Shown piece by piece: positions 35,216 through 52,778 of a stretch of DNA of 64,000 nt. Within the stretch, counting starts at the first letter, position 1. Each line of letters begins with the position of its first letter. The translations under genes were made by a program, and so were the position numbers. The notes below the pieces were generated by a model. The model was not told the DNA's origin and did not search any database. It worked only from the letters and a program-made list of their open reading frames with translations. The stretch is from the human T2T-CHM13v2.0 reference genome, Homo sapiens: assembly GCF_009914755.1 (NCBI RefSeq), contig NC_060941.1, one strand, 5' to 3'.

Positions 35216-35909
35216 AAAATTCTGCCTAGGTAGGAAATAAGCATGAGAAGCCAAAAAATAAAATAAAATAATTGTAATAAAAAATTTGTTATAATCTGCC
35301 TAAGTCACACAGAGAGTGAAGAACAAGACTCAAAGCCAGCTGCCTAATCCCAGTCTTCAGGCCTTAACTCCCATGCTATATGGACACAGGCTGCACACAC
35401 AGGATCCTCAAGCCCAGAGTCACAGGCACACAGCCAGTTGAGACAGTCTAGGGACAAGGACTTTGGTCTAGGGACCAAAGTGCCATATCCGGCCTAACAT
35501 CCTTTCTCCATTACACAGTTTCAAGTGTAGAAGCATCTGTATTTACGCAGGTGATAAATACACGTTTACTCTCTGGTTTATGATGTCATGGCCTAACACC
35601 CTATAAACCTAGCTTAACCCCAGCAATGCCCTGTGCTGGCCCCGGCCCTGACTACTCCCTCCCATCCCTGCTCCATGGCCTTCCAACAAACAGCTCGCCT
35701 GCCTCCACCAAGACTTTTAAATTCTCCCTCACAGCGTTATAATGCTTCCCATGCCCCTTTAGGGCAGTACAATCTCCATGATTCCTAATGAGAGAGCTGG
35801 CAGCACCATACCAGAGCACACATATGCAATACCTGATAGTTCTCAGTGTTCTTACAGACATTACCCAGCCAGCTCAGCAACCCTGAACCAGCTAAACATG
35901 GACAACAGC

Positions 35910-36863
<954 letters not shown>

Positions 36864-36879
36864 GAACAGCTTCTGGACA

Positions 36880-37345
36880 TGTCTGGCCAGCTCATATCCC
36901 TCCTGTGAGGACCGCCTCTACTCCCATTCACAGGGGAAAGCTCCTACCCCCTGGTGCTGCGTGATCATGCCCTCCTGGCCCCAGCTGACTGGCCCAGTGG
37001 TAGATAGCTGATCCACACAAGCCCATCAGACTCTCTCCTCAGGAGTTCACATCAAGGCTCAGACACCATTCAGTAACTAAGGGTTACTGGAAAGTGGACG
37101 GGTGTATTTGGGAGCTGAGGGGCCATACCACCTGGTGCACATCCACAGCAGCAGCGGCGTCCTGCAGGTGCACCATGCAGACTCACTGAGAACAGCTGCG
37201 TCAGCCACCCCCACCACACCCCCACACACCCCCGGCACTTGGGAGACCAGGCACTTCCTCCTTTGAGTCTTCAATTCCCCTATGGCTTCAAATAGCTCGA
37301 GCTGGTTTCTGTTACTTGCCTTCAGTAGAGTCTGAACTGAGAGAC
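36880..37345 (+). mobile_element. MLT1 (MaLR) LTR relic
   Basis: 3' end gagctggtttctgttacttgcc...agagtctgaactga resembles MLT1. Confidence 0.6.
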
Positions 37346-37639
37346 AAGCTGGCATCACTATCCTCCCTGTACAGATGAGGAAAGAGGCTCTAGAGGTGAC
37401 TAAATCAACATCATATAGTCAACATGTAATAAAGGAGCCGTTAAAAACCCTGCCATGTGACTCTTCTTCAGTGCCATCCCATGCCTCCTTCCCTGGATTA
37501 AAGGAAGTGGCAGGTATTCCATTTCTGTCAGTGTTTAAAAAAAAAAAAAAAAATGGTGGCACAGTAAGCGATTCAGCCAGAGGCACTCCAATGGACTGAA
37601 GCTGGAAACAAGAAATTCAAAATCCTCTCCTTTAGATCG

Positions 37640-37945
37640 GCAAAGACAGCTCTTCTCTCCTCTACATTTGCCAGCCTTCCTTGCAGTGAGGTCGGCCCCA
37701 TGTGACCAGCTCTGGACAATGTGAATGGAAGTAACAGGTGTCAGTTTCCTCCATCTCTCTCCTCCCCTCCCGCAGTAACCTTGAAGGCCCTATATTCCAG
37801 ATGATGTGGCTACAGATGGAGGTGCACTGCCTGACCTACAAGACTTTCCACGAGCAAAAAATAAACCTAGATGGTGTCAAGCCCCTGGGATGTCAGGATT
37901 TGATTATTCCTGCAGCATAATCCAGCCTCTCCTGACTAAAGCACA
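37640..37945 (+). mobile_element. MLT1 (MaLR) LTR relic
   Basis: cagccttccttgcag...atgtgacca...aaaataaacc...gcagcataa...cctgactaaa. Confidence 0.7.
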
Positions 37946-39651
37946 GGAATTTTTCAGCCTGGGCCCTTCAGCAGGATGCTGCATTCATTTGTTTAACATT
38001 CATCTGTTTAACAAATATTTCTGGAGCAACAGTGCCAGGTGCTGTCATGGGTATAATCAAGGGCACAGTAGTTTTTAAAAAAATACAATAACTACCCTTA
38101 GGAAGCACCCTATCTGGTGACTCATAAGCCCCACTTGGGACTAAAAGAAACAGTTCTACAGGTGCAAAGCAGAACTCCCACGCAGCCCCTGGCTAACCTG
38201 AGCCCCAGAGAAGCTAAGCTGCCAGGAGGCAAAGACAGCTTGTCCTAGTGACTCCAGGAGGGTGGCAGCCAAGAGTGAGTTCACACCAGGCTTTCACACC
38301 CAAGGCTCTACCAACTCTACTCCTGCCAGCCGTGTGGCTGTAGACAAGTGCTTCCCTTGCTCTGGGCGCAGACACATGGGAGAAGGCATCAAGGAGGAGT
38401 CATCAAGAGAGCAGGTGGCTGATGGAAAACAGAAGCCGCAAAAGACACCACTCATCTTCCCCACCCTCCTCTGCAGCCGAAATGTCTCCTCTGGGAATCA
38501 TCTCCCTGTTTCATTTTAACTGGAAAAGTCCCCCATGACTGAGCTTTTCTCCCCCTATCCCACATAGCAGAGGACTGAGCAGAGAAGTCATTATTCTGTC
38601 AGGAACTGGTGTCTGGGTATAGTCTCCTTTCTTTATGCCAAAAGCTAGATAAAAGTTAGGTAGACAGGGTTGCCATATACAGTTATGCAGGCTGTTCACT
38701 ACAACGTGCCCATCCAAAGGGGCAAATGGAGCTCAAATCCAGCCTACACTCTGCCTACCAAGCTGTGTGACCTACAGGAAGAGCACCTTCTTCTAATTCA
38801 CCCAAAGGTGTCTGCTGTATGCCACAGAAGAACTGGAGCCAGGGCTTCTCCATAACAGCAAAGGGAAGTTACTATACTAACCTCTCTACTTTTGTAGATG
38901 TTTGACATTTTTCACAGTAAAAGGTTAAAACCAAAACCAAATAAACACCTCACCAAGTGAGTGGGTGTGTTACTTGGCCAGGTTACTTAACCCTCAGCCT
39001 CAGTTCCCACATCCAAAAAGACAATAATCGCTGGCTCCTAGGGTCAGTATAAGGACTAAACTAAATTACATAAGTAGCATGTTTGACATGGAGCAAGTCC
39101 TCTTACAAATGGGAACTATTAACAGTAGCCACTGCTGATGGCTGGGGCCAGGAAGGAAAACGAGGTGAATGGGGACAGAGGGACATTGTCTAAAAAAGCA
39201 AGCCTTTGGGAAATGTGTGTGGAGAAGCCAGAGTCCGAAAATAAGACCACCCTATTCATGTTCCTAAATTGAGCCTGGGGGGCAGGGCTGGTCTGAAGGA
39301 GTTCTCATGCAACCCCTTCTTCGGTGGCAGCCTTTACACTTCCCTGGGGACCCCAGGCTCGGCTCAGAATCCAAATTAAGGTCAGTGATCCACAGAAAGG
39401 CCACAAAGAGTGGCTTAGAAAAGGATGTGCTCCCGGCCTCCCGGCAAACTCAGAGAAGGGCCCGGCAGCTGGGAGGTGGAGCTGGCTGGGCTGGGAGTGC
39501 TCACATCTGAAGTCCTGAAAGAGAACAGGACTTTTCCTAAGATGTTCCAGGAGGTCAGCCATTAGCACAGAGAGGACACCTGCCACCTTCATGGGGTGCG
39601 AATGGCCCACTCACATCCCTGTAGGTCAAAAACTATTTTTGAATTGTCTAG

Positions 39652-39987
<336 letters not shown>

Positions 39988-40030
39988 TGAGATGAATTTT
40001 TATGTTAATGTCTTCAAAATAATCACTGCT

Positions 40031-40408
<378 letters not shown>

Positions 40409-40427
40409 TTAGGTTCCAGAGCCTTAC

Positions 40428-40553
40428 CAGGATGAGAGGGCTGATGGTGACAGTGGCAGTGACCGGAAGCTGGGAGCCCTTCCCAAAGCCCCTGGAGGGA
40501 ACTCACCACTAGCACGAACCGCCAAGGCCCTGGGTGCCAGCCTAGTGCCCGCC
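40428..40553 (-). other. Candidate internal 5'UTR exon with two alternative donors
   Basis: Acceptor CAGTCTCCTAG|G at 40553; donors GTG|GTGAGT (end 40507) and CTG|GTAAGG (end 40428); locally retained CpGs. Confidence 0.4.
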
Positions 40554-41239
40554 CTAGGAGACTGACATGGAAGGCTTCTGGCTTCAGTCAAATGCCATCT
40601 CACTCATTTGCCTCTCCTTTCTTTCTTTTCCAGAATTAAAGCTCATAGGATGATTCATTCTCTTATTAAATCAGCTCATGAGAAAAAGGGAAGTCACCCG
40701 AGTTCCCATCCCTCTCTCCACCAAACATAAGCCACGCTGTGGCTCATTCCCCATATGCATTTAATAGAAATGCTACCACAAGGAAGAAATTCCACTAAGA
40801 ACCCCACCCTTCACCTTTCCTTTCATGTCTCAAGAATTCACCATCCATGGCAGTTTTCTAAGTTTCTAAGGCTGCCAGGGGGAGAGGTGAGTTGGAATTT
40901 AAAGATAAGTTCCCAAATAAAATGGGATAGGAGGGGAAAGAGTCACGTGGCTCTTAAATCCACATACATGCAACCCTCAAAGCAGATAGTAAAAATCCAC
41001 CCCAAAAAAAATCCTTCTCTATCTCTGCCAGATCTCCTCAGCTCTGCCCCACACTTAGAAACAGCTGTTTCCCCAGAACTCCAAAAAAAACTCTCATATA
41101 TTCCATCCCTCATTGTTTCCAAGACTGTGATCTGTACACTTAATCTACCTCTAGGCTCAGTTTATCCCTCCCTGGGACTGTCAAACAAGAACAGTAACAG
41201 TCAAAGAATAAGAATCCTAACGCTACAATATTGTAAATA

Positions 41240-41792
<553 letters not shown>

Positions 41793-42851
41793 ATTAGCTA
41801 TTATTAGACTATTACAAGAATCTTGTGCCACAGAGATTATTCTTACCAGCTCTATTTAACATATGTAGTCAATAGCCATGTGTTGTTGTGGAGTATAATA
41901 ATAGATTAGCCTCAAGAAAACTATAAATTAACAAACTAAGTGACCTGCTCAGAATGACACAGCCCACACATGGCAGAGCTAAGACTGGAACTCCAGTCAT
42001 CAACTCCTTTGCACACTCACACATTTCACACTTTAACACACTGTCTCCTTCAGGCATGGAGATTTGAGAAGTCCCACGGATCAGCATCAAGAACAGATTT
42101 CAATCTCTACAGAGCGACAGTATCTCCAGGAATCTTTCAAGATTCACCAAACAAAATTCATTTCCATTCGTCTTCATATTCCACGAAAACACACCAAAGC
42201 TGCCTTAGGGAGAGGGTGTCGCCCCATCAGAGGTGTCAAGGACCATGCAAGGCCAGGGGTCACACTGGCCTCAACAATGTTTCAGACAAAAACGGCTCCC
42301 TTGGGAGGCTCCGAGGCTGTCATCGATTTGCTAAAGGTCAGTACGGATCATTTGGGAATGGATTTGTGTAGGCATGGCCTAAGACACATGGACTTCTGCC
42401 AAGCCTATATATTTTTTTCAAAACATCTGCACTGTCTTCACCCTTGATAAATAGCAGCCAGGCTACAGAAATATTTCCATTACGCACAAAAGCCTGCTTT
42501 GCCACCACAACTCATTGAAATGGATGTTTCCAACTTGAGAAGAACTCTTCAATGAAAACATCTAAAAACACCCCAATCTTCCAGCAGAGGCAACCAATCT
42601 AGCATTCAGGAAACCTTTAAACACTAGTAAATAATATTTGTGGAAACAAATTCTTTGGTAGACATATGCCCCCATGCCCAAAGTCTAACTATATCTAATA
42701 AATAGGTTAAGCCCATTTCTTCTAGCTGTATTATGAACATTCATGCAAAGACATCCGCATAAACATTTTTGTAAAGGTTTTCCCATATTTCCAGAATGTG
42801 GTGAAATCTCCTTATGGCCATGCTGAAAAGAATTGGAATAAAAAGAATTTA

Positions 42852-43300
<449 letters not shown>

Positions 43301-44799
43301 CAAAAAACCATTTGGTAATATTATTACTCCCACTGTATGGATCAGGAAACTAAGACTCAGAGAGATTGAGTAACTTGCCCCAAGAACACAGCAGCAACTA
43401 GCAGAGGCTGGGATGAAGCACAGGCATTCTGATTCAGTATTCTTAATTACATACCATTGGTCTTTTCAAAGCACTTAACGACCCACAACCTCAGATTCCT
43501 CCAGGAGCCAACCAAGCAAGCAGTCTTCAGAATCCTTTCCAGCTGTAAAATTCAGTGATTCTCTCTTTTCAAAATAAAATGAATTTATAACTTTGAGAAA
43601 TAAAATGTAATGATGCTCTAGTACTGCTGAGGGAAGGAAACATCTGTGTATGCCTCACCCAGAACCAGTCAGGGGAGGAAAACTGCTGCTTTTCTAGGGT
43701 AATGATGTCCTGTGAACCAACCAGACTGGCCTCAAGCCGTCTCAGGAAAAATGACAGCTTGAAGTTCTCAAAGGATCCACCAACATGCAAAGGTCTGCAA
43801 GTTCGCAACTATCAGTTCTCAAACTTTAATTTGACTTTTTTTTTTTTAAAGGAAACTCATATGCAAGAAAATGCTGCACCGTAGAGGCTGATCTTAAGAA
43901 TGCCAGTACAAGATGTATGTTGACTCTGTGGCATGCTCACACTTGCTTTCCTTTCAGGTGTACACCTGCTCAGGGAAAATCCACCCGGTCCAGGCAATCT
44001 GTTTTAAGACTTCCCTAGCTCGAGGCTCAGTGGTCCTGTAATTGGGTGGGGGTTTTGTCCTTTGCACATCTGATATCTTCATACGCTCCCTCCTGCTCAT
44101 CATCACCAGCCCGGTCTCTGGACACACAAACACGCAAGTGCTGCCTTCCCCAACTCCATCTCGGACGCATCTTCTTCCTCTCTCTGCTCAACACAGGAGT
44201 TCCCTGTTCACACACCTTGCCATTGGCTGACACAGCCAATGGTGAAACTCCCCCAGCTGACCCTCCCTGGAGCTCACTAGCTCTCTCCCAGCTGTGGGTA
44301 CAGCCTGAAACCGAAACTAATCTCAGACCAGAGCAAAGTGAAATCATTTCAGGAGCCTGATCACCCTACATGACCACAGAGAGGCTTCCCCTTAACAGAG
44401 CTCCAAATCCAGCTTGCTGGTCACCAGGAGAAAAAAAAAAAAAAAAAGCTTTGCAGTGCCCTCCTAACATCAAATACTTTCTTAATGAATAGGGAATCAT
44501 GGGATTAGAGGAGGAAGCAAAAGTTCTTGCCGTCATGTTTGCTGCTGCTACTTCTCTCTTATTTGCACAAGTCTATTTCAGTTCACCCCGTGAGCTAAAG
44601 TTCACCACCCGGTATTATTTTTAAACTCATTGTCCAGCATCCGTTCATATTTGGTTCACTCTTAATCAGATTATCTTCCAAGAGCAAGCTTTGTTCTCTT
44701 CTGAGATCCCTGTAACCATCTTGCTGTAATGTGGCTGAGACTGTTATACTACATGTTTTTCGTAAATTTGAAAAACGAAGCGTTTTACTTTTGTGCTCG

Positions 44800-45114
44800 A
44801 GCCAGGCACGGTGGCTCACACCTGTAATCCCAGTACTTTGGGAGGCTAAGGCGAGTGGATCTCTTGAGCTCAGGAGTTCGAGACCAGCCAGGCCAACATG
44901 GTGAAACTCCATCTTTACTAAAAACACAAAAAAATTAGCTGTTTGTGATGGCGTATGTCTGTAATCCCAGCTTCTCGGGAGGCTGAGACACAAGAATCAT
45001 TTGAAACTGGGAGGCAGAGGTTGCAGTGAGCTGAGATCACACCACACTGCACTCCAGCCTGGGTGAAAGAGCAAGACCCTGTCTCATAAATAAATAAATA
45101 ATAAAAAATAAAAA
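44800..45114 (+). mobile_element. AluS
   Basis: TSD ACTTTTGTGCT. Confidence 0.95.
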
Positions 45115-46379
45115 CACTTTTGTGCTTGGAACAATACAAAAGAAAAAAAGCAAAAGCCATTATGACTGAACATAATGTCAGGCCTTGATGATCCTTCAAA
45201 GAAGTATAAATGTTGAGAAGGATCCTAAACTGTGTTTTCTCTTCTTACCCTTGCCCCCAGCATACTTGTGGGCAGCTTTCTTTGTGGCTAGGCAGTATTA
45301 TGAAAAAAAGCCTACTGTCAGCTTAAGCAAAACAGAATAAGAAGGGTTAAGTGCACTGGCCTAACAAGGGTATGGTCAAAGAGAAATTAAGTCTTGGATT
45401 ATCTGTTATTTACTCATTCATCCAACAAAGTTTACTGAGGGCCTCATATATATGCCTAAAACTCTTCTAGGTGCATCTAGGAGATAACCCACTAGCTCCA
45501 ACTGAGAGTGCCATTCTCAGAAACACTGTGTGTATGGGGGCTGATGCTTTCTGTATTCCAATACCAAGACAAATGCTCCACTACTTCCAGGTTTCCTGAG
45601 CTCTCCTCACACGGCTTGGACTCCATCCCCGAGAGCTGTAGGTCCCTCCCAGTGAGCACCCCCGGGTGATGCTGACCAGGAACATTGCGGGCCAGGGTCA
45701 CCTGGCCCAGAGCTGTTGGGCAGACTCTGTTTGTGCCTTGGCTCACTCATTAATGGATGAGCTGCTCAGTGTTATCGGGCATTCTTCAATCACTCCAACA
45801 GTCAAAGGAGGGGTTAGGCCAAATTTAAGTAATCTTCTAGCTCAAAAATTCCAGCTCCTTTTATCCTCCGATCACCGAGCTGACATGGACCTCTAGGGGC
45901 CTCTACTTCATCTTCCTGTCTCCAGATGAAACCTCTTAAACCACAAAGACAAATGAAACTTGTTCCCATTTCTGAAGACCTTCAGGGGAGGCCATTCCCC
46001 TCTGTGCCTATGAGTCACTTTTCTTACATCTCACATCCTATCTGGAATGTCTTCCTCATACCTTACTTGAATCCTCCCTCTGTAGTTTAAATTCATTTGC
46101 CTCTGGTTCTAAGTGCAGAGAGACAAGAGTGAATCACTGTGTTCTGAGCAATGACTCTTAAGGGACTTTTATGTCTTCTTCACCATGTTCACTGCAGGCA
46201 TTACAAGAGGTGGCAGTGTTTCTCAGCTGTTAAAAACCACAAAGGCATCAGGAAAGCTGACCACACTGCCCAGTTCCTGCCTCACCCTGGCAAGGGTGCT
46301 ACAGAATCCAGAAAACCTGACCCTTCTCTGAAACCCACACCGCTACTTAGCTCTACTCAGAGTTCACCAAGGGGGAGAA

Positions 46380-46690
46380 CAATGTGCTCCCATGCCAGAT
46401 CAAAAGCCCAGGAGGCAGCAGCCACTTTATCTTGTCCTCACTCAGCTCAAGCGGCCCCTCCTCCAGGAAGCCTTCCCTGCCCCAACTCCTCTTCTGGCTG
46501 GCAAAGTGCCCCCTTCCTCAGTGCTTTGTCTTATCGCAGCACTTGCCACAGAAACTGAAATTCCAGGCTAACATGTTTGTCTCCCTTACTAGACAGGAGG
46601 CATCTTGAAGGCAGGGGCCATGGCTTGATGACCTTTGTGCTCCAGGATGGGCCCCAGCAGAGTATCTGGCACTTGGCCAGTGGTTCTCAG
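46380..46690 (+). mobile_element. L2 3' fragment
   Basis: aggaagccttccctg...tttgtctccc...tagac...cttgaaggcagggg...tctggcact. Confidence 0.7.
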
Positions 46691-46708
46691 CAGACTCTGT
46701 TAAGCTGA

Positions 46709-47146
<438 letters not shown>

Positions 47147-47164
47147 CTGACAGTTTCTCTAAGG

Positions 47165-48053
<889 letters not shown>

Positions 48054-48730
48054 TGAGCTTGCACTCTTGACTGCCTATTGGGCCTGCCCCGATCTCCTGA
48101 CTAGGTTCCCTTCCTCCAGGGAACTCTGCCCTGTTCCTCTGGACCAATGTTAGTATTAACTTTATGCCATTCAACCCTTCTCACTGGTTATGCCTCCTCA
48201 CCCCTCCCCCAGCTTACAGGGCAAATTCTCCAAAGAAAAGGAAAAAGAGTTGGTTCCACAGCAGGGCTACAGATGCTGAGTCATTCTGCCCCCAAATATG
48301 CTTAGCTGTCACCGATGACATTTCAGTCTCCCCACCCCCGCCTCCACTGTGCGGTCCTCTCTGCTCATCATTCAAGAGCCTCACCCCACCCCCTCCCACT
48401 CTTCCAAAATCCACCCTCAGCCTCTACAGTTTTTACCAAAGATTTTCCTTAATAATGAGCCTCAGAATTTGTGTACCGCTGTGCAGAAATGGCAATAATA
48501 ATAATAGCTTCGATGTAATGAACACTTCCTCTTTGTCTGGCATACACATGAGATCTCTTTTAACTCTTTCTAAATATAGGAAACTCTGGCACTTACAAAG
48601 TCTTAGAGTAAGATGGAGAGCTGGGATTCTACCTGGAGATGCCTAACTTCAGATCTTACACTCTAAACAACTAAGCTATGATGAAAATGTGCACAAAATA
48701 ACTCAGTTGCTTCCTGGGGGTGGAAGTTAA

Positions 48731-49117
<387 letters not shown>

Positions 49118-49345
49118 TAAGAAGGGAGTTTATATTTACAAGGACTGTTATCACATTTATAATTTATGACCTGCTTTAAAGATAAGACATTTAGCTGCAT
49201 CATCAAGAGTCTGTGATAATGCGCTGACACATCAGAGGTTCTGGGAGCCTGGAAGCCAAGGGGATCAGAGAAACACTGAGTGAGCCAACACAGCTAGCAT
49301 CCTGAACTCACCAACCCATGGTAGCCAGGGCCACAGCATGACTGA

Positions 49346-49809
<464 letters not shown>

Positions 49810-52507
49810 TCCAATGCCCTTTATAGCTCTTGCTTCCTGTAAGTGCAAGAGCCAGCAACACAGAAGCACCACCTCCTCCAGCTCACCTTGGATAGTCAGA
49901 GGTGACCCCTGTCAGACACCCAGCTTCCTGTGCCCCAAGGCTCTAGAATACTCCTGCCTCTGCTGCTTATTACCAGAGCAAATGTAGGAAGCTCTAAAGG
50001 AAGAATACCAGTGTGAGTGCTGCCATATGCCAAACACTGTGCTCTCTAGTTAAACAAAGAAAAATCCCCTACAGCTCTCTGTGGGGGACTTGAGCCTAAG
50101 GAAGTCTTCTCAGTCCCAAGGTAGAGAAGTCACAAATGGCAGATCGTCCTAAAGCTCTTCCAGATCCCTAGCAAGTGTAGATGCCACAAACACCTATGCA
50201 GCAGCCCAGGACCCAGTGAGCCAAGAAAGGAAAGGCAGGCCAGGCCTCCTCTGGCCTGGGGCTGCACTGGGGATAGTGACAGCAGCCCTCTGGCCCCCAC
50301 TTGCCTTCAAGAGTCCAAAGGGAGCTAAGGAACCGACAACACCCAGATCATAGCCTTGGACAATTCTGCCCCAAGACCTCCTTAAGAGTCGTCTTTCACA
50401 CTTAACACTCTCTACTAAAGCACCTCAACCCCATTTCCCCAAGAACAAGCTGGAGCTCTTAAAGGCCTGGATCTCACACCCAGCTGAAACACCAGAATAT
50501 CCACCTCCACCCAAATCCCTTTATTTACCTCTAATTCAATAGACCAGTGGGCCTAGTCCAGTGCCCAGGGCCTTCCCACCACACAGACAGCAAAATGAGC
50601 CCCTGGAAAAGGGCCACCTCATCTGCCCCCATCCTCTAGCTAGCTGTAGGGAGCTGGGATCTGTCCAGACACTCCAGGTCTCCATGGCCACAAGCCCAAA
50701 GTTGCATAGGGAGGTCATGAGAAAAGACCTTAGAAGCAGTCTGCTCTTTGAACCCTGGGATTATTCACTGACCAGCCAAAAAGGTGACAACTGTTCTGAT
50801 GGCCCAGGTCAGACCAGTAACTCTAGGGCAGAGGTCTCAATGGAGGTCCTGGTTCCAAGGGGGTATATTAACCGTCTGGTGTTGAATACAGGTGTCTCCC
50901 TACACACATGCATTTTGGAAGGAGAGGAGTTAGAGCTTTCACCAGATTCTCAAAGGGGCCCATGACTCCAACCTCTGGCCCTAGTTGGCCTGGCCCAGGA
51001 GCTGGGGATACAGCCCTAGTCATATCAACATCCCTGGGCCATCCTCGCTGTCCAGGGTCTCTCTTCTATTCAAGGATGTGCCCAGGTCGGTAGCAGTATC
51101 CTGTTTCCCTTGTCCTGGCCCTTCCAGCTGCAGAAAGTGGACAGCGGGTTTCACACCCAGCCCTGCTGCACACGCTCCAGCTTCCTGGAGACCCGAGCCA
51201 GGTTTCTCCCAGCAGCACCTCTCCATCCCAGAGATGGCACCATATTCAAACTGAGGTACCAGTGGCACTGACCCCCAACAACAGAGAGGACCCAGCTTCA
51301 CACTTGATCCAGCAGGGGCCCAACCACATGGTGAGATGACTTCCTCCGTGAGAGAATTCCTGGGGTCCCTCACCTCCTTCAGGCACAGCTGGCTATAAAG
51401 AAAAGGGGTGAAAGGCCCAGTACATCTCCCTGAGTCCTTTCTCCTGGGCCAGGTGGCTCAGGTGCTGCGGGATCACCCAGGGAAGGCTCATTCCTCTCGC
51501 TACAAGACGCTGACTGCGGATCAGGTGGGGAGCACGGTGGATGGTCTTCTTGTATCCTCTATCGCCTCCAGGGCATCTTGTTTCTAAACTCCCAGGGAGT
51601 CCCCTCATCTTCTACTCCACTACTCCACCAAAAAAAGGAAAATCTAAACCCTCCCTCCCCTTAAAACACATTCCGTCTCAGGAATTTAATTTCAGTGTAC
51701 GTTTCTTAGAGCTAAAACTTTTTTTAAGGGGAAAAGAAATGGGCAGGGCAGTGCTGGGTGTAAGGCGACCACGCGACCGAGAAAAGGAAGAGGGAGGAAT
51801 GAATAAACGCTGACACCAGCCCCCCTTGGAGCTCAGAGCCTGGGGCACAGGAGCCGGCGGGGCGGGCGAGCAGGGGCGGGGACAGCGCATTCCCAACTTT
51901 CCCTGGCCGAGCTGACGGGAGATACAGCTCCCAGGGGACCGGGAGGGACCAAAAAAGGCTGAGCCGACCTGTGACATCGGCGGGGGGCAGGAAGCGAAGC
52001 TCCCCTCCCCCTGAAAGGCGCTCGGCTCCCAGCAGGCGCCCCCGCCTGCCGTCGCCGCCCAGCCTGCGCCCCCAGGCCCGGGCACTGCGGGGAGGGGCGC
52101 CCACACAAAAGGGGGAGCGGCGGGAGAGGGGACTCGGGCGAAGCCGGCTCCGGGAGGCCTCGTCTCCCTTCCCTGCGGCGCTGGCCCGCGCCCCCCGGTC
52201 TAATCGCGCGCCCCGCTCCCGGCCCCCCAGATGCCCGCACGCCCCCCGCGCCCGGGGCCCGGGATGAGGTGGGGGCTCGGGAAGGAAGGGCGGGCGGGGA
52301 CCTGCCGCACGCGGAGCTCCCGGGGAGCCGCGCCGACAGCCCCGGGAATCAAACTCGCGACGGCCCGGCCCTCCCGGCGGCGCCTGGGCAACGGGTCCCG
52401 AGAAGGTGGGGCCGCTGGGCCGGGGCCGCGGCCGGGATTGCGCGCGGGGCGCCGGCGAGGACCGCGCCCGGGGCCGGGCGGGAGCCGCGGGAGCGCGGGG
52501 GTCTTAC

Positions 52508-52654
52508 CGGGCAGCGCCACGCGCGTCCGCTCCGCGCGGGCCGCAGGGGCCGGGCCGCGGGCCGGGCGGGGGAGGGGCTGCAATCCGCAGCGGTGGCGGC
52601 GGGGCCAGGCTCGGCGGCGGCGGCGCGGCTGGGGCGCGGGGAGGCGGAGAAAGT
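52508..52654 (-). other. Non-coding first exon (5'UTR) of an unidentified minus-strand gene
   Basis: Donor CCG|GTAAGA (plus strand gtcttac|cgg at 52501-52510); Inr-like TCACTT with +1 near 52654; tandem GC boxes upstream at 52760-52778; no ATG on the minus strand between 52508 and 52730. TSS position is inferred. Confidence 0.75.
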
Positions 52655-52759
52655 GAGGCGAGGCCGGCTTCCTAGCGGCGGGCGGCGAGAAATGCAGCTG
52701 TCCCTGCGCGGCTGCCGGCAGGGCCACAAGTGGGGCCGCGCGGGGAGGAGCGGGGCTGC

Positions 52760-52778
52760 GGGCGGGGCGGGGCGGGGG
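52760..52778 (+). promoter_or_regulatory. Tandem Sp/KLF GC boxes and G-quadruplex motif
   Basis: GGGCGGGGCGGGGCGGGGG. Confidence 0.7.

Noticed and set aside
44411-44455. Orphan poly(A) with AGCTT-like flanks as a tiny retroinsertion
   Set aside because: The putative TSD is too short and imperfect to tell from chance
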